Source: Thermofilum adornatum
GTDB lineage: Archaea > Thermoproteota > Thermoprotei > Thermofilales > Thermofilaceae
Assembly: GCF_000446015.1 (NCBI RefSeq)
Contig: NC_022093.1
Coordinates: 570,001 to 602,000 of the forward strand
Length of the DNA stretch: 32,000 nucleotides
Reading direction: 5' to 3'
Both the position numbers and the translations under genes were made by a program. Shown here one piece after another: positions 1 through 8,563 of the stretch. Below the pieces are notes generated by a model, which did not search any database, was not told the origin of the DNA, and saw only the letters and a program-made list of their open reading frames with translations. The stretch's first letter is position 1. Each line of letters begins with the position of its first letter.

Positions 1-164
1 CTCTCTCTCAAGAATCCACTTTAACGCCTCCAGATGACCGTTATGGAAGGGCTGGAAGCGCCCAAGGAACAAGGCACGCCTACAACTCATGGTTCACCTT
101 ATTGGGGCTCCAAAATAAATTTCTTTGTTGTTCTGCACATGTAAAACAATCCCCGCACCAATCC

Positions 165-853
165 CACCCAATTCATTCGTTTCTGATACAACAATCAATG
201 GCAAAGCATTATATTGTTCGATGGGAATGGCTACAGCTTCTTTCAATTCATTCGTTTCTGATACATGCAAAATGGGTGCCCTTACTATGCCCAACTCTCT
301 GTCCTTTCAATTCATTCGTTTCTGATACGTCATGGTACTTGGGAGACGGTAAGAGACATCAATTTATTTCTTTCAATTCATTCGTTTCTGATACGTATAT
401 ACGTATGACTTAAGAATTTCACATACACTGGCGGCTTTCAATTCATTCGTTTCTGATACACATAAGGGGCATATATGTGAAGATCCGTATCTATAATGAG
501 GCTTTCAATTCATTCGTTTCTGATACATTCCCAGGCAGGCAATAATAATTGCGGTCACGATGAACACCTTTCAATTCATTCGTTTCTGATACTTGTTCAC
601 TGTGCCCGCGGAAAAAGGCGGCACGCTGAAGAACTTTCAATTCATTCGTTTCTGATACCGCCTTTTTCCTCGAGTCCATACAACAAAAATACAGAAAACT
701 TTCAATTCATTCGTTTCTGATACCTATCTTCCGCTCGGCACTCGCCCAATCTTCAAATAACCTTTCAATTCATTCGTTTCTGATACAGACCTATGGTAGA
801 ACGTATAGATCTATATAAGCAGCTGTTTCTTTCAATTCATTCGTTTCTGATAC
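165..853 (-). CRISPR. CRISPR array: 10 identical 25-nt repeats plus 1 degenerate terminal repeat, with 10 spacers (38-42 nt; the trailer-end spacer is 50 nt)
   Basis: The repeat CTTTCAATTCATTCGTTTCTGATAC (+ strand) starts at 240, 304, 370, 435, 502, 568, 634, 699, 762 and 829. A degenerate copy lies at 165-189 (CACCCA instead of CTTTCA). The reverse complement GTATCAGAAACGAATGAATTGAAAG ends in ATTGAAAG, the 8-nt crRNA 5' handle typical of Cas6-processed archaeal type I/III repeats. That places transcription on the minus strand. Confidence 0.97.
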
Positions 854-1000
854 TGTTTCCCAGTGGTTTATTTTGTTGGGTGTTATTTATTTGTTTTGGT
901 GTTGTGTGAAAGTGTTTTTGTGTAAGTGTTTCTCGTTAAGTACATTAATTTTGTTTTATTTTTCCTCGTTGTTGCATGTAAATGATATGGATCGGGAAGA
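854..1000 (-). promoter_or_regulatory. Putative CRISPR leader with a TATA-like box
   Basis: AT-rich, low-complexity sequence directly abuts the intact-repeat end of the array. Minus-strand AAATAAATAA (complement of 883-892) lies 30-39 nt upstream of the first repeat. The opposite end of the array carries the degenerate repeat. Confidence 0.55.
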
Positions 1001-1185
1001 GGGTCTAGGGAAGAATGTATTTTACAAAAAGGCTTCTTCCCGTAAAGCGTTAAAGCTTCCCGTGGAAAACATTTCTACAGAGATTTTTAGGGGAACCCTT
1101 TCCTCCCACCCCGTATCACGATGGAAAAATCTCTGTTTTTCTTTTTCATGATTTTTTATTTTATGTCTCTTTGGAAAATAGAGGG

Positions 1186-1911
1186 CTATTGGGGTTTGTC
1201 TGGAGATGTTGAACGTTTTCTTTCACGTACGTATCTGCCGCGCATACGTATTTCTTTTACTTTCCGTAGTATTTGTGTGGTTTTTTCTTTTCCTCTGGCT
1301 TCACGGTAGCCTTTTACAAACGAGATGAACGCGGTGTCTAGGAGGGATGGGTGTGTGCTTTCTATTGCTCTTCTGAACAGGTGTATGTCTACTCCTGCGT
1401 CTTCGTCTCGGTTGGAGAAGAAGCCTAGGCCGAAGTCTATGATGACTGGCTCGCCGGCCTGGGTGAGTATGACGTTGCTCGTGGTGAGGTCTCCGTGTAC
1501 TATGTTTGCCTCGTGGAGAGCCCCTACTTCCCGGCCGATTGTTTGGAAAATTTTTTTCAGGTTTTCAGGCTGGGCGGTTCCCATGTATTCTTTGAGTCTT
1601 TCTCCCCTGATGAAGCTCGTTACGAGGATTCCCTCCTCGGGGTAGACAAGCACGACGCTGGGGACGCTTACTCCAGTGAGGGCGGCTTTGCTGAGTAGCT
1701 TTGCCTCGAGTACTGTTCTCTCGTATCTGAGAATGCGGTCGAGGTCCTCGTTTCGGTAATTCTTCTTTAGGCGGTACTTCACTACGACTTCCTGTCCAGA
1801 AAGGGAGCCCTTGAGAAGTACTGCTTCGGCACCGATGCCTAGGACACTTTCAATGGAAAGGCCCAGCCTGTCCTCGATGAGGCCCGCGAGCCTTGCTATT
1901 TTTGTCTCCAC
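1186..1911 (-). CDS. bud32: Bud32/PRPK-type small protein kinase (KEOPS subunit)
   Basis: 241-aa ORF with the kinase catalytic loop HGDLTTSN and IDFGLG (DFG-type). It has the small RIO/Bud32-like size. Its start overlaps the kae1 stop by 16 nt, matching the conserved Kae1-Bud32 pairing. Confidence 0.85.
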   Translation of the reverse strand: METKIARLAGLIEDRLGLSIESVLGIGAEAVLLKGSLSGQEVVVKYRLKKNYRNEDLDRILRYERTVLEAKLLSKAALTGVSVPSVVLVYPEEGILVTSFIRGERLKEYMGTAQPENLKKIFQTIGREVGALHEANIVHGDLTTSNVILTQAGEPVIIDFGLGFFSNRDEDAGVDIHLFRRAIESTHPSLLDTAFISFVKGYREARGKEKTTQILRKVKEIRMRGRYVRERKRSTSPDKPQ

Positions 1912-2888
1912 GGTATTTCGACCTCGTCCATCCTCCAGTAGGGCTGGATGTGGCTTTTCTCTACTGGTATCGTCACGCCGTGGACAAACGCCAGGGCCCC
2001 GGTATACGCGATCATGGCCCCGTTGTCCCCTGCATACTCTGCGGGGACGAAGCTAAAAACCCCGCCCCTGTCCTCGATCATCCGTCTTAGCTTTTCTACG
2101 AGTATCTTGCTCCTTGCTACTCCGCCCGTCAGGACTAGCTGGGACTTGCCTGTGTGGGCGAGAGCCCTCTCGGCGACCTCCACGAGCATGGAGTAGGCCG
2201 TCTCTACGAGGCTGTAGCATATATCCTCTAGGCTGTGTTTGCCGCTCCTGTAAAGCTGGAGGGCCTGCGTCAAGATGCCGGAGTACGAGACATCCTGGCC
2301 CTTGACAGTGTATGGCAGTGCTATGTACCTCTTCCCCCTAGATGCCAGCTCCTCGACCTTTGGCACGCCTGGAAACCCTAGGCCGACCTCTCGGGCAAAC
2401 GTGTCTAGGCAGTTGCCCAGCGGTATGTCTAGTGTCTCTCCAAAAACCCTGTAGCGTCCCTCATTAAAAGTAGTGATGATCGTGTTTCCCCCAGCCACAT
2501 AGACAAACACGGGGTCCGAAAGCCCAGTTGTGAGCCTCGCAATCTCCAAGTGTGCAACTGAGTGGTTGACGGGGACTAGGGGTTTCCCGTATTTTAGTGC
2601 GAGATACCTTGCCAGGGTGGCTCCGACCCTGAGGCATGGCCCCATCCCTGGACCAAGGGCGACTGCGACTGCGTCGACGTCTCTCATTCTTAGACCGGCT
2701 CTCTTTAGGGCTTCGGCCAGGATTTCCGGGGCAACCTTGCTGTGGTGCTCGGCTGCTTCTGTTGGCTTTATGCCGCCAGATTTGGGCACATAAGTGTGGT
2801 TTACGTTGCTCAATATGTTTCCAGTATGAGAAGCTATCCCGACACCAAAAGTATGGGCGGTAGACTCGATGCCTAGAACGATCGCCAT
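1896..2888 (-). CDS. kae1: tRNA N6-adenosine threonylcarbamoyltransferase Kae1 (KEOPS catalytic subunit)
   Basis: 330-aa ORF. N-terminal GIESTAHTFGVG and C-terminal AGDNGAMIAYTG are Kae1/TsaD (ASKHA fold) signatures. It lies directly upstream of bud32. Confidence 0.92.
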   Translation of the reverse strand: MAIVLGIESTAHTFGVGIASHTGNILSNVNHTYVPKSGGIKPTEAAEHHSKVAPEILAEALKRAGLRMRDVDAVAVALGPGMGPCLRVGATLARYLALKYGKPLVPVNHSVAHLEIARLTTGLSDPVFVYVAGGNTIITTFNEGRYRVFGETLDIPLGNCLDTFAREVGLGFPGVPKVEELASRGKRYIALPYTVKGQDVSYSGILTQALQLYRSGKHSLEDICYSLVETAYSMLVEVAERALAHTGKSQLVLTGGVARSKILVEKLRRMIEDRGGVFSFVPAEYAGDNGAMIAYTGALAFVHGVTIPVEKSHIQPYWRMDEVEIPWRQK

Positions 2889-2897
2889 TATCGTGCA

Positions 2898-3056
2898 CTA
2901 TACAAACTCGGTGTAGCCACACTTACCACAATGCCATCTCTCGACTGGCTTCATGTGGTGAGCCATTACGGAGCCGCACCTTGGGCACTTCTTGTTTTTT
3001 AGCTTGATTGTGCCGGCCTTATAGTCGTACTCGTATAACTCGTGAACCTTCGACAT
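2898..3056 (-). CDS. rps27ae: Ribosomal protein S27ae (eS31), 52 aa. Below the ORF-track cut-off and translated by hand
   Basis: Minus-strand translation: [52 protein letters not shown]. It has a CPRC...CGKC zinc ribbon and sits immediately downstream of S24e, the conserved archaeal S24e-S27ae pair. Confidence 0.9.
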   Translation of the reverse strand: MSKVHELYEYDYKAGTIKLKNKKCPRCGSVMAHHMKPVERWHCGKCGYTEFV

Positions 3057-3060
3057 TTAC

Positions 3061-3381
3061 TTATCCCTCTTTCTTCGCCTCCTCCTGTATTAGCCCGTTG
3101 CGCTTGAGGATGTATCTGGGCTCGAAGGCCTTGGCCACAATTTCGTTGTCATACACGTGTACGAGGACATCTGAAACTCTCTGACCATACCTTGTAGAGA
3201 CCTTTCTCACTATTATAACTCCCTGCGTGCCGAGGACGCTTTGTAGCTGCGAGACAATGTCCTTCTTCGAGGGGGTCCCTGTGGTTTCATGCATGATGGT
3301 GAAGAGTAGCTCGCGTCGCCCAATCACCCTGTTGACCCGTTCATGTACAAGCTTTATGGAGCCAACACTCATCCGAGGCAC
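3061..3381 (-). CDS. rps24e: Ribosomal protein S24e (eS24)
   Basis: 106-aa ORF (an alternative ATG at 3372 gives MSVGSIKLV...). The sequence (RRELLFTIMHETTGTPSKKDI ... YDNEIVAKAFEPRYILKRNGL) matches the S24e family pattern. It is paired with S27ae. Confidence 0.88.
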   Translation of the reverse strand: MPRMSVGSIKLVHERVNRVIGRRELLFTIMHETTGTPSKKDIVSQLQSVLGTQGVIIVRKVSTRYGQRVSDVLVHVYDNEIVAKAFEPRYILKRNGLIQEEAKKEG

Positions 3382-3522
3382 CTTTTACCCTGAATCCCCA
3401 ACATAAATTTAAGTTTTTCTTGAAAAATGTGCAGCACTCCTAGTCACGCACACGCTCTCTCAAAAAGACCACGCAGAGGCGCGCGATAAACTTAATAAGT
3501 CTCCAAAGAAAACTTATTCATA

Positions 3523-3616
3523 GCCGGGGTGGCCGAGTGGCCTAAGGCGTCGGGCTGCAGTGGTCAACTAGCCTTAGACACCCGATTTATCCCGGGTTCG
3601 AATCCCGGCCCCGGCT
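3523..3616 (+). tRNA. tRNA-Cys(GCA) with a ~19-nt intron after position 37 (3561-3579); no encoded CCA
   Basis: Acceptor GCCGGGG/CCCCGGC with discriminator T (U73, the Cys identity element). D arm GCCG..GGC. Anticodon stem TCGGG/CCCGA with loop CTGCAG[intron]A. T arm CCGGG-TTCGAAT-CCCGG. The variable region reads as 6 nt, so the exact intron boundaries are uncertain. Confidence 0.8.
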
Positions 3617-3683
3617 CTAGATTCTCATGGGCCCGATGTCTTTGTATAATTGTTTTAAATGGAATGCTATGTGTTCCCTATAG

Positions 3684-4211
3684 GTGGTGGATGGTTTGAA
3701 GCGTAGGTTTGTGGTCTTGATACCGTTTGATGTGTTTAGAAGTGACGTTTCTCTAGTTAAGAGGATAGTTGTTTCCGCGCTGTTTACGTCTCACGATATC
3801 CGTAGGGACGTTGTTCTCGTTTTCCTCCTGCATGACATAGATGTGAAGGTTACAGTTTTAGGCGAGAAGGCTAAGCATGTCCACGTTGACGAGGCCTCGT
3901 ACATGGGTATACACAGGAGGATCCTATCTGCAGTCGAAGAAGTTAAGGCGAGCGGACAGAAGAAGTTTCCACACTGGGGTTTCACCGTGGAAAAAGCGAA
4001 AGGTGATGCTAGGGACCTTCAGGGATACCTGGTCTCGACACGGGGAAGGGACATTTTGGAGGTGCTGAGAAGCGGAATAGAGGATATTACCCTTGTTTTT
4101 TCGGAAAAAGGGGACCTGCAGGGACTTGAAAGTGTGAGGATTTCCCGCGGCAAGAAGCCTGTGGATGTTTTGATTGCCCTTGCAAATATCTGGATAGATA
4201 ACTATGCCTAA
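3684..4211 (+). CDS. SPOUT-type methyltransferase resembling tRNA (pseudouridine54-N1)-methyltransferase TrmY (DUF358/COG1901)
   Basis: 175-aa ORF with a GTG start about 25 nt downstream of TTTTAAAT (3653-3660). The segment ALFTSHDIRRDVVLVF closely resembles the FFLSHDIRRDVVF motif I recall from M. jannaschii TrmY. The N-terminal region is shorter and more diverged. Confidence 0.55.
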   Translation: MVDGLKRRFVVLIPFDVFRSDVSLVKRIVVSALFTSHDIRRDVVLVFLLHDIDVKVTVLGEKAKHVHVDEASYMGIHRRILSAVEEVKASGQKKFPHWGFTVEKAKGDARDLQGYLVSTRGRDILEVLRSGIEDITLVFSEKGDLQGLESVRISRGKKPVDVLIALANIWIDNYA

Positions 4212-5227
4212 GTGGTTTTTGCCTCGCTCTGTTTTGACTTCCACATTTTTGGATATGTACCGGGATCCATGACTACGTACTTTGGCTTTACAGCTTCGCC
4301 GCTGTGTGCTGACAACATTTTCTCTGAGGTCATCTGTGCGCTTCCCACTGCTACTAGCTCGTTTTTGAGCGTTAATATTGCGACTTCTGACCCCACCTTT
4401 ATGCCGCTTTCAAGCTTTACTATGCCGGGTACGGCCAAGGGTGCTCCATGACATATCGCGTCGACCGCAGAGTCCCTTATCCACACTTTTGGCAAGTGCT
4501 GTACCGCTCGCTCTACTGGGAGAAAGGTTTCGCGGAGGAATTTATCTATTCCTTCCTGCTTCCAGATGAAGTATGCATCTACCACGTCATGCAGTGTAGA
4601 TAGGTGATCCTCCTCGGTGAGTGAGCCCGACCTTATCCTCCTGAGCTCCTGCATGTGTGCTCCTACTCCCAGGACTTCTCCCATGTCGTGGCAGAGCTTC
4701 CGCATGTAGGTTCCAGCCTCGCACCAAACTTGGAGGAGGACTGTGCGGCCCGAGACCTCTAGGATTTTGATGTCGTATATTTGTCGAATCCTAAGGGCCC
4801 TCTTTACAGCGCTACGCAGTGGTGGACGCTGGTAAATCTTTCCCTTGAAAAGGTTAACAACTTCCTCGAGTCTTTCCTGCTCGACGTCTCCGTGGAGACG
4901 CATCACGCATACGTATTCCTTGTCTTCCTTTAGCAGAACCGGCAACACCCTGATAGCATTGCCTATCGTTATGGGCAGTATTCCAGAGACCTTGGGGTCA
5001 AGCGTGCCGGCATGGGCTATTTTCTCTATGCCGAGCTGTTTCTGGAGCCAGGCAACGACTTCGTGGCTGGAGGGCCCAATGGGCTTGTCTAGATTTATGA
5101 CAGAATATTTGAGCAGGACTTCTGGCGGGCGCTCTTCGGGTAGCCACCCATAAGAGAAATCTGTCTCCTCTTCTGACCTAATTAGTACTTCTCGTCTAGG
5201 CGGCGTCGCTAGGTATTTTGACGGCAA
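4208..5227 (-). CDS. cbf5: H/ACA RNP pseudouridine synthase Cbf5 (TruB family, with C-terminal PUA domain)
   Basis: 339-aa ORF. INLDKPIGPSSHEVVAW and HAGTLDPKVSGILPI contain the TruB catalytic Asp motif. The length and C-terminal region fit archaeal Cbf5. Confidence 0.92.
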   Translation of the reverse strand: MPSKYLATPPRREVLIRSEEETDFSYGWLPEERPPEVLLKYSVINLDKPIGPSSHEVVAWLQKQLGIEKIAHAGTLDPKVSGILPITIGNAIRVLPVLLKEDKEYVCVMRLHGDVEQERLEEVVNLFKGKIYQRPPLRSAVKRALRIRQIYDIKILEVSGRTVLLQVWCEAGTYMRKLCHDMGEVLGVGAHMQELRRIRSGSLTEEDHLSTLHDVVDAYFIWKQEGIDKFLRETFLPVERAVQHLPKVWIRDSAVDAICHGAPLAVPGIVKLESGIKVGSEVAILTLKNELVAVGSAQMTSEKMLSAHSGEAVKPKYVVMDPGTYPKMWKSKQSEAKTT

Positions 5228-5244
5228 TGTAGGGGCACCGGAAC

Positions 5245-5541
5245 CTAGATGAAGGTTGCTGTAAGCTCTGGCTTCACTTTCTCCTTCATGAAGTCTGTGA
5301 GCCCGGCTTTCTCTATGGCTGCCAATACCTCCTCGTCGCTTGCACCCTTGTTGATGCTTATCTTTTTGTCTAGGGGTTCTAGGTGCTTGATGTTGGCTCT
5401 TCTCCTCTTTACTCCTGTAAGGCTCTTGGGGCCAGTCACCAAGACGTAGTTGTCGTCAATAATGTCGACTATCACGCATTTTGAGCCGGCCTCTCTGCCG
5501 CTTGTCTTCACGCATATTCTTCCAACATCGTAGAGCTTCAT
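5245..5541 (-). CDS. rpl14e: Ribosomal protein L14e (eL14)
   Basis: Starts at the internal ATG ([38 protein letters not shown]...), a KOW-like L14e N-terminus. The 29 upstream codons of the track ORF run into the AT-rich promoter region. Confidence 0.85.
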   Translation of the reverse strand: MKLYDVGRICVKTSGREAGSKCVIVDIIDDNYVLVTGPKSLTGVKRRRANIKHLEPLDKKISINKGASDEEVLAAIEKAGLTDFMKEKVKPELTATFI

Positions 5542-5675
5542 AGTGATAACCAAAGCATGAAACAAGGGGTATATATTAAAAATTTTGTGTAGGCTTCTTC
5601 CCAGCCATGCCTGGACACGTGAAAACAAAATAGATATATTGGTGGATAGAAAAAGCTGAAACTTGGTGAAAATTT

Positions 5676-5936
5676 ATGGGCGAAGTTGTGCCCCAGATTA
5701 AGAACGCAATTGAACTTTTAAAACAAATAGCGGACGACAGGGGGGTTCCCAGAAACATTAGGCGCGTAGCTACAGAGTCGATAGAGGTCCTGATGAACCC
5801 CGAGATGACCCCTGGTCTAAAAGCAGCCACGGTCATATCCAAGCTCGACGAGATATCAATGGATCCCAACACACCCCTATTTGCTAGGACAAAGATCTGG
5901 CAAATCGTCTCTCTCCTAGAACAAGTAAAGGACTAA
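5676..5936 (+). CDS. UPF0147-family small protein
   Basis: 86-aa ORF. The pattern ...DDRGVPRNIRRVATESIEVL...PGLKAATVISKLDEISMDPN.P.FARTKIWQIVSLLE matches the archaeal UPF0147 family as I recall it. Confidence 0.65.
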   Translation: MGEVVPQIKNAIELLKQIADDRGVPRNIRRVATESIEVLMNPEMTPGLKAATVISKLDEISMDPNTPLFARTKIWQIVSLLEQVKD

Positions 5937-5947
5937 CGTGCAGTTAA

Positions 5948-6994
5948 ATGCGTATAAAGCGTCTACCTACAGGAAGCATAGTCTACGGAAAACTCCCCCG
6001 CGGATGCAGGCTCTGCCAGCAGGGCTTAAAAACCGTTATATTTCTGACGGGCCTCTGCCCATACAACTGCTTTTACTGCCCACTGAGCGAGTACCGGAAA
6101 CAGAGGGACGTCACAATAATCAACGAGACGGAAGTATCTTTTCCAGAAGAATATTTCAGGAAACTCGTAGGCGAAGTCCTAAAGTCTGGCTCTAGAGGGG
6201 CAAGCCTGACTGGGGGAGACCCGCTAGTAAAACACAGGCTCTCCGTCGAGACGATCAGGTACCTAAAGGAAAACTTCGGAAAAAATTTCCACGTACACGT
6301 GTATACGACTGGCCTCCTGCTAGGAGACGATAAACTCCGAGAACTGGTAGACGCTGGCCTCGACGAGCTAAGGATACATTCACCACTGGAAAAGCTAGAA
6401 AACATATTGAAGCTAGCCCACAAATACAGAGACAAGCTGGCCATTGGGCTAGAATACCCATCCCTACCAGGAAGCATAGAAACCCTCCTCAAACTCCTAG
6501 AACTAGCAGAAAAATACGAGCTAGAGTTCATCAACCTAAACCAGCTAGAATTCACCGAGACAAACTCTCTCGCGCTACAGTTACACGGCTACAAGCTTGC
6601 AAAAGACTACCGCGGAGCAGAGGGCAGCAAGGAAACAGCACTGGAACTAATAGACCACGCCGAGAAAAAAGCGTCAAACGTGACCATCCACTATTGCCCA
6701 GTAATAGTCAAAGACCACTACCAGACAGGTCTAAGATTCTATAGAACAGCCAACATAACGGCGGCCCCCCACCAAATGGTCACAGACTCGGGGACAACAC
6801 TCGAAATAATATACGAGGAACTCGTAGAGAGCCAAAACACGCCACGAGAACTTTACCCAGACAACAAGCTACACCCACTCCTTGTAGACTATGTTAAAAA
6901 AGGAAGAATTATCGAAAAGGCACCCTCAATGCCGTCACTGATCCTCGAAGAAACACCCATAGAAAAACATCCAAAACCCAAAAAGAACACATAG
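5948..6994 (+). CDS. Radical SAM protein (COG2108-like, related to pyruvate formate-lyase activase)
   Basis: 348-aa ORF with the CxxxCxxC cluster motif CPYNCFYC, preceded by KTVIFLTGL. Substrate unknown. Confidence 0.75.
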   Translation: MRIKRLPTGSIVYGKLPRGCRLCQQGLKTVIFLTGLCPYNCFYCPLSEYRKQRDVTIINETEVSFPEEYFRKLVGEVLKSGSRGASLTGGDPLVKHRLSVETIRYLKENFGKNFHVHVYTTGLLLGDDKLRELVDAGLDELRIHSPLEKLENILKLAHKYRDKLAIGLEYPSLPGSIETLLKLLELAEKYELEFINLNQLEFTETNSLALQLHGYKLAKDYRGAEGSKETALELIDHAEKKASNVTIHYCPVIVKDHYQTGLRFYRTANITAAPHQMVTDSGTTLEIIYEELVESQNTPRELYPDNKLHPLLVDYVKKGRIIEKAPSMPSLILEETPIEKHPKPKKNT

Positions 6995-7173
6995 CCTTTT
7001 AGCGCGCGCCCAGCACCCAGAACAAAACACAAGCCAAGACCCCGGCCTGCTCCTGGCGATACCCTTCGCAATCCTCATAGCCTTAGCTCTCCTAGGCTAC
7101 ACATTCTATGAGAGGAGTATCGATACATCTCGTAACGCTAACTTTTTGTGCTCGCCAGAAAGCCATTCTATAC

Positions 7174-8523
7174 ATGCAGTGGAAAATCCTTCTAGTTGCA
7201 TTAGTGTTCGTTGTTGTTCTGGCATCGGCGCTCTTTTTCTTCGTGTTCAAGCCCAAGTTGCCAGGCCTGGCACAGCTAGCACAGTTGAAGCGATCAATGA
7301 TTGTGGCGAGGATAGAGGCGAGCCAGGGAGGAAGAGTCCTAGCAAACGGCACAGAGACTGCCGCATGGAACTCCACTAGGCCATTCACCCTCGTGCTAGA
7401 AGCCAAGCCTGGAGAGTGCCACGTCTTTGACCACTGGCTCGTGAACGGCACGAGGCTCGAGGGTGAAATGCTGAGCCTAACAATCGCCGGCAACACGACG
7501 GTTAGTGCAGTGTACAGGCGGCTCAGCTACAAGCTTTCTGTTTTGTCCAACGCTAGCTGGGGCCTCCTAGCATTTAACGTTAGCACCGTGCAGCTGCCCT
7601 TCGAGGCAGAGGTTCCCTGTGGCGCAACAGTCAGGCTGGCACTGCTCCCCGGATCCAATGAGACCCACAGCTTCACGCCTATTGGCTTCCTCTTCAACGG
7701 GACCCCTGCGGGGACGGAGACAGAGATCCACGTACAGGGCAACATGAGCATTGAAGCGGTGTATAAGGTCGAGACACACGTCCTCCTCATCGAGACCAAC
7801 GCGCCAGGCGTCAAGGTACTCGTGGACGGCCAAGAAGTCACGTTGCCAGCCAGGATCCAGAGGGCTAGGCCCTTCACCGTGACCATCCAGGCGCCCCCAT
7901 TCATCAAGGTCAACGACACGTTCGCGTGGGGAAGCTCAGAGTTCCAGGCACAGGACTATATAAGGGGCGTGCTCTCCTGGATCACCTTCGCCACGGGCCA
8001 AACGCCAATACACGTAGAGGAGGCAGAGAAGACTATCAGGGTCTACTACCACCCACTCTACAGCACCGGCGGCGGGGTCTACGTCACCCCACTCTATGGC
8101 AAGGTGTCTGTTCAGGGCAACACAATAGTGACGGGGTCCTCCATATACTACGCCGTCAACATCATCCTGCCACCCAACTGGACCAAGGCAAGGGTCACCG
8201 TCGAGGCCAGCAATGCATTGAGCGCTGGGCTACTATACCCCTACAGCCAAGAGACTTCTTATGTATACAACGTTGCCTCTGCGAAGGTTGACGCTCAGGG
8301 CAGGGTATGTAGCTCCCTCACTGTGGTGTTCGAGGTCGTCAGGAACCCAGCATCGGCTCACGTCCTGTCCTACTACTGTAACGGTTGCGAGGTCAACCCT
8401 CGCGAGTTTTACGCGCAGGGCTTCTGGAACTTCGGCGAGGGCAACAAGCAGTACCTGGGCCGCCTCCTCGTAGTGACCGGCGACGGCTCCATTGTCCGTA
8501 TCCAGGTGGAGGTCAATGGCTAG
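7174..8523 (+). CDS. Membrane-anchored or secreted protein rich in N-glycosylation sequons (function unknown)
   Basis: The N-terminal hydrophobic helix MQWKILLVALVFVVVLASALFFFVF begins at ATG 7174; the track ORF starts at 7108. There are at least 10 N-x-S/T sequons (NGT, NST, NTT, NAS, NVS, NET, NMS, NDT, NWT). Two segments end in ...TVSAVYR / ...SIEAVYK and resemble bacterial-type B-repeat domains. Confidence 0.6.
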   Translation: MQWKILLVALVFVVVLASALFFFVFKPKLPGLAQLAQLKRSMIVARIEASQGGRVLANGTETAAWNSTRPFTLVLEAKPGECHVFDHWLVNGTRLEGEMLSLTIAGNTTVSAVYRRLSYKLSVLSNASWGLLAFNVSTVQLPFEAEVPCGATVRLALLPGSNETHSFTPIGFLFNGTPAGTETEIHVQGNMSIEAVYKVETHVLLIETNAPGVKVLVDGQEVTLPARIQRARPFTVTIQAPPFIKVNDTFAWGSSEFQAQDYIRGVLSWITFATGQTPIHVEEAEKTIRVYYHPLYSTGGGVYVTPLYGKVSVQGNTIVTGSSIYYAVNIILPPNWTKARVTVEASNALSAGLLYPYSQETSYVYNVASAKVDAQGRVCSSLTVVFEVVRNPASAHVLSYYCNGCEVNPREFYAQGFWNFGEGNKQYLGRLLVVTGDGSIVRIQVEVNG

Positions 8524-8563
8524 GCGAGATAATTATTTATGGCCCCGCTCCCAACCATCACCG

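Noticed and set aside
113-138. A possible additional, highly degenerate CRISPR repeat (AAATTTCTTTGTTGTTCTGCAC) left of the terminal repeat
   Set aside because: Only about 15 of 21 positions match, and an indel is required. It would also leave a 25-nt spacer, far shorter than the 38-50 nt seen elsewhere. It cannot be distinguished from chance in T-rich sequence.
1-164. An open frame entering from the left edge (frame 3) that might be the 3' end of a cas or other gene
   Set aside because: The frame runs uninterrupted into the CRISPR repeats and has no recognisable motif. The segment is too short to call and is treated as array trailer or unknown.
94-720. Track ORFs 94-294(-), 102-413(+), 125-325(+), 491-679(-) and 496-720(+), with recurring peptides NSFVSDT / SETNELK
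   Set aside because: They are translations of the CRISPR repeat in different frames. The periodic identical peptide motifs coincide exactly with the repeat copies, so they are not genes.
873-1309. Track ORFs 873-1151(+) and 1121-1309(+) taken as full-length proteins
   Set aside because: The N-terminal two-thirds of the first ORF is a low-complexity Cys/Phe/Leu translation of the T/G-rich leader. The second overlaps the 3' end of bud32. Only the distal 54 codons (987-1151) have gene-like signals, and those are reported as a low-confidence finding.
5542-5628. N-terminal extensions of track ORFs for L14e (to 5628), XPD (from 16078), Hsp20 (from 30033) and the TFB-like gene (to 24320)
   Set aside because: The extensions lack family similarity. 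They run through AT-rich promoter DNA or neighbouring genes and tRNAs. Internal ATGs coincide with the conserved N-termini.
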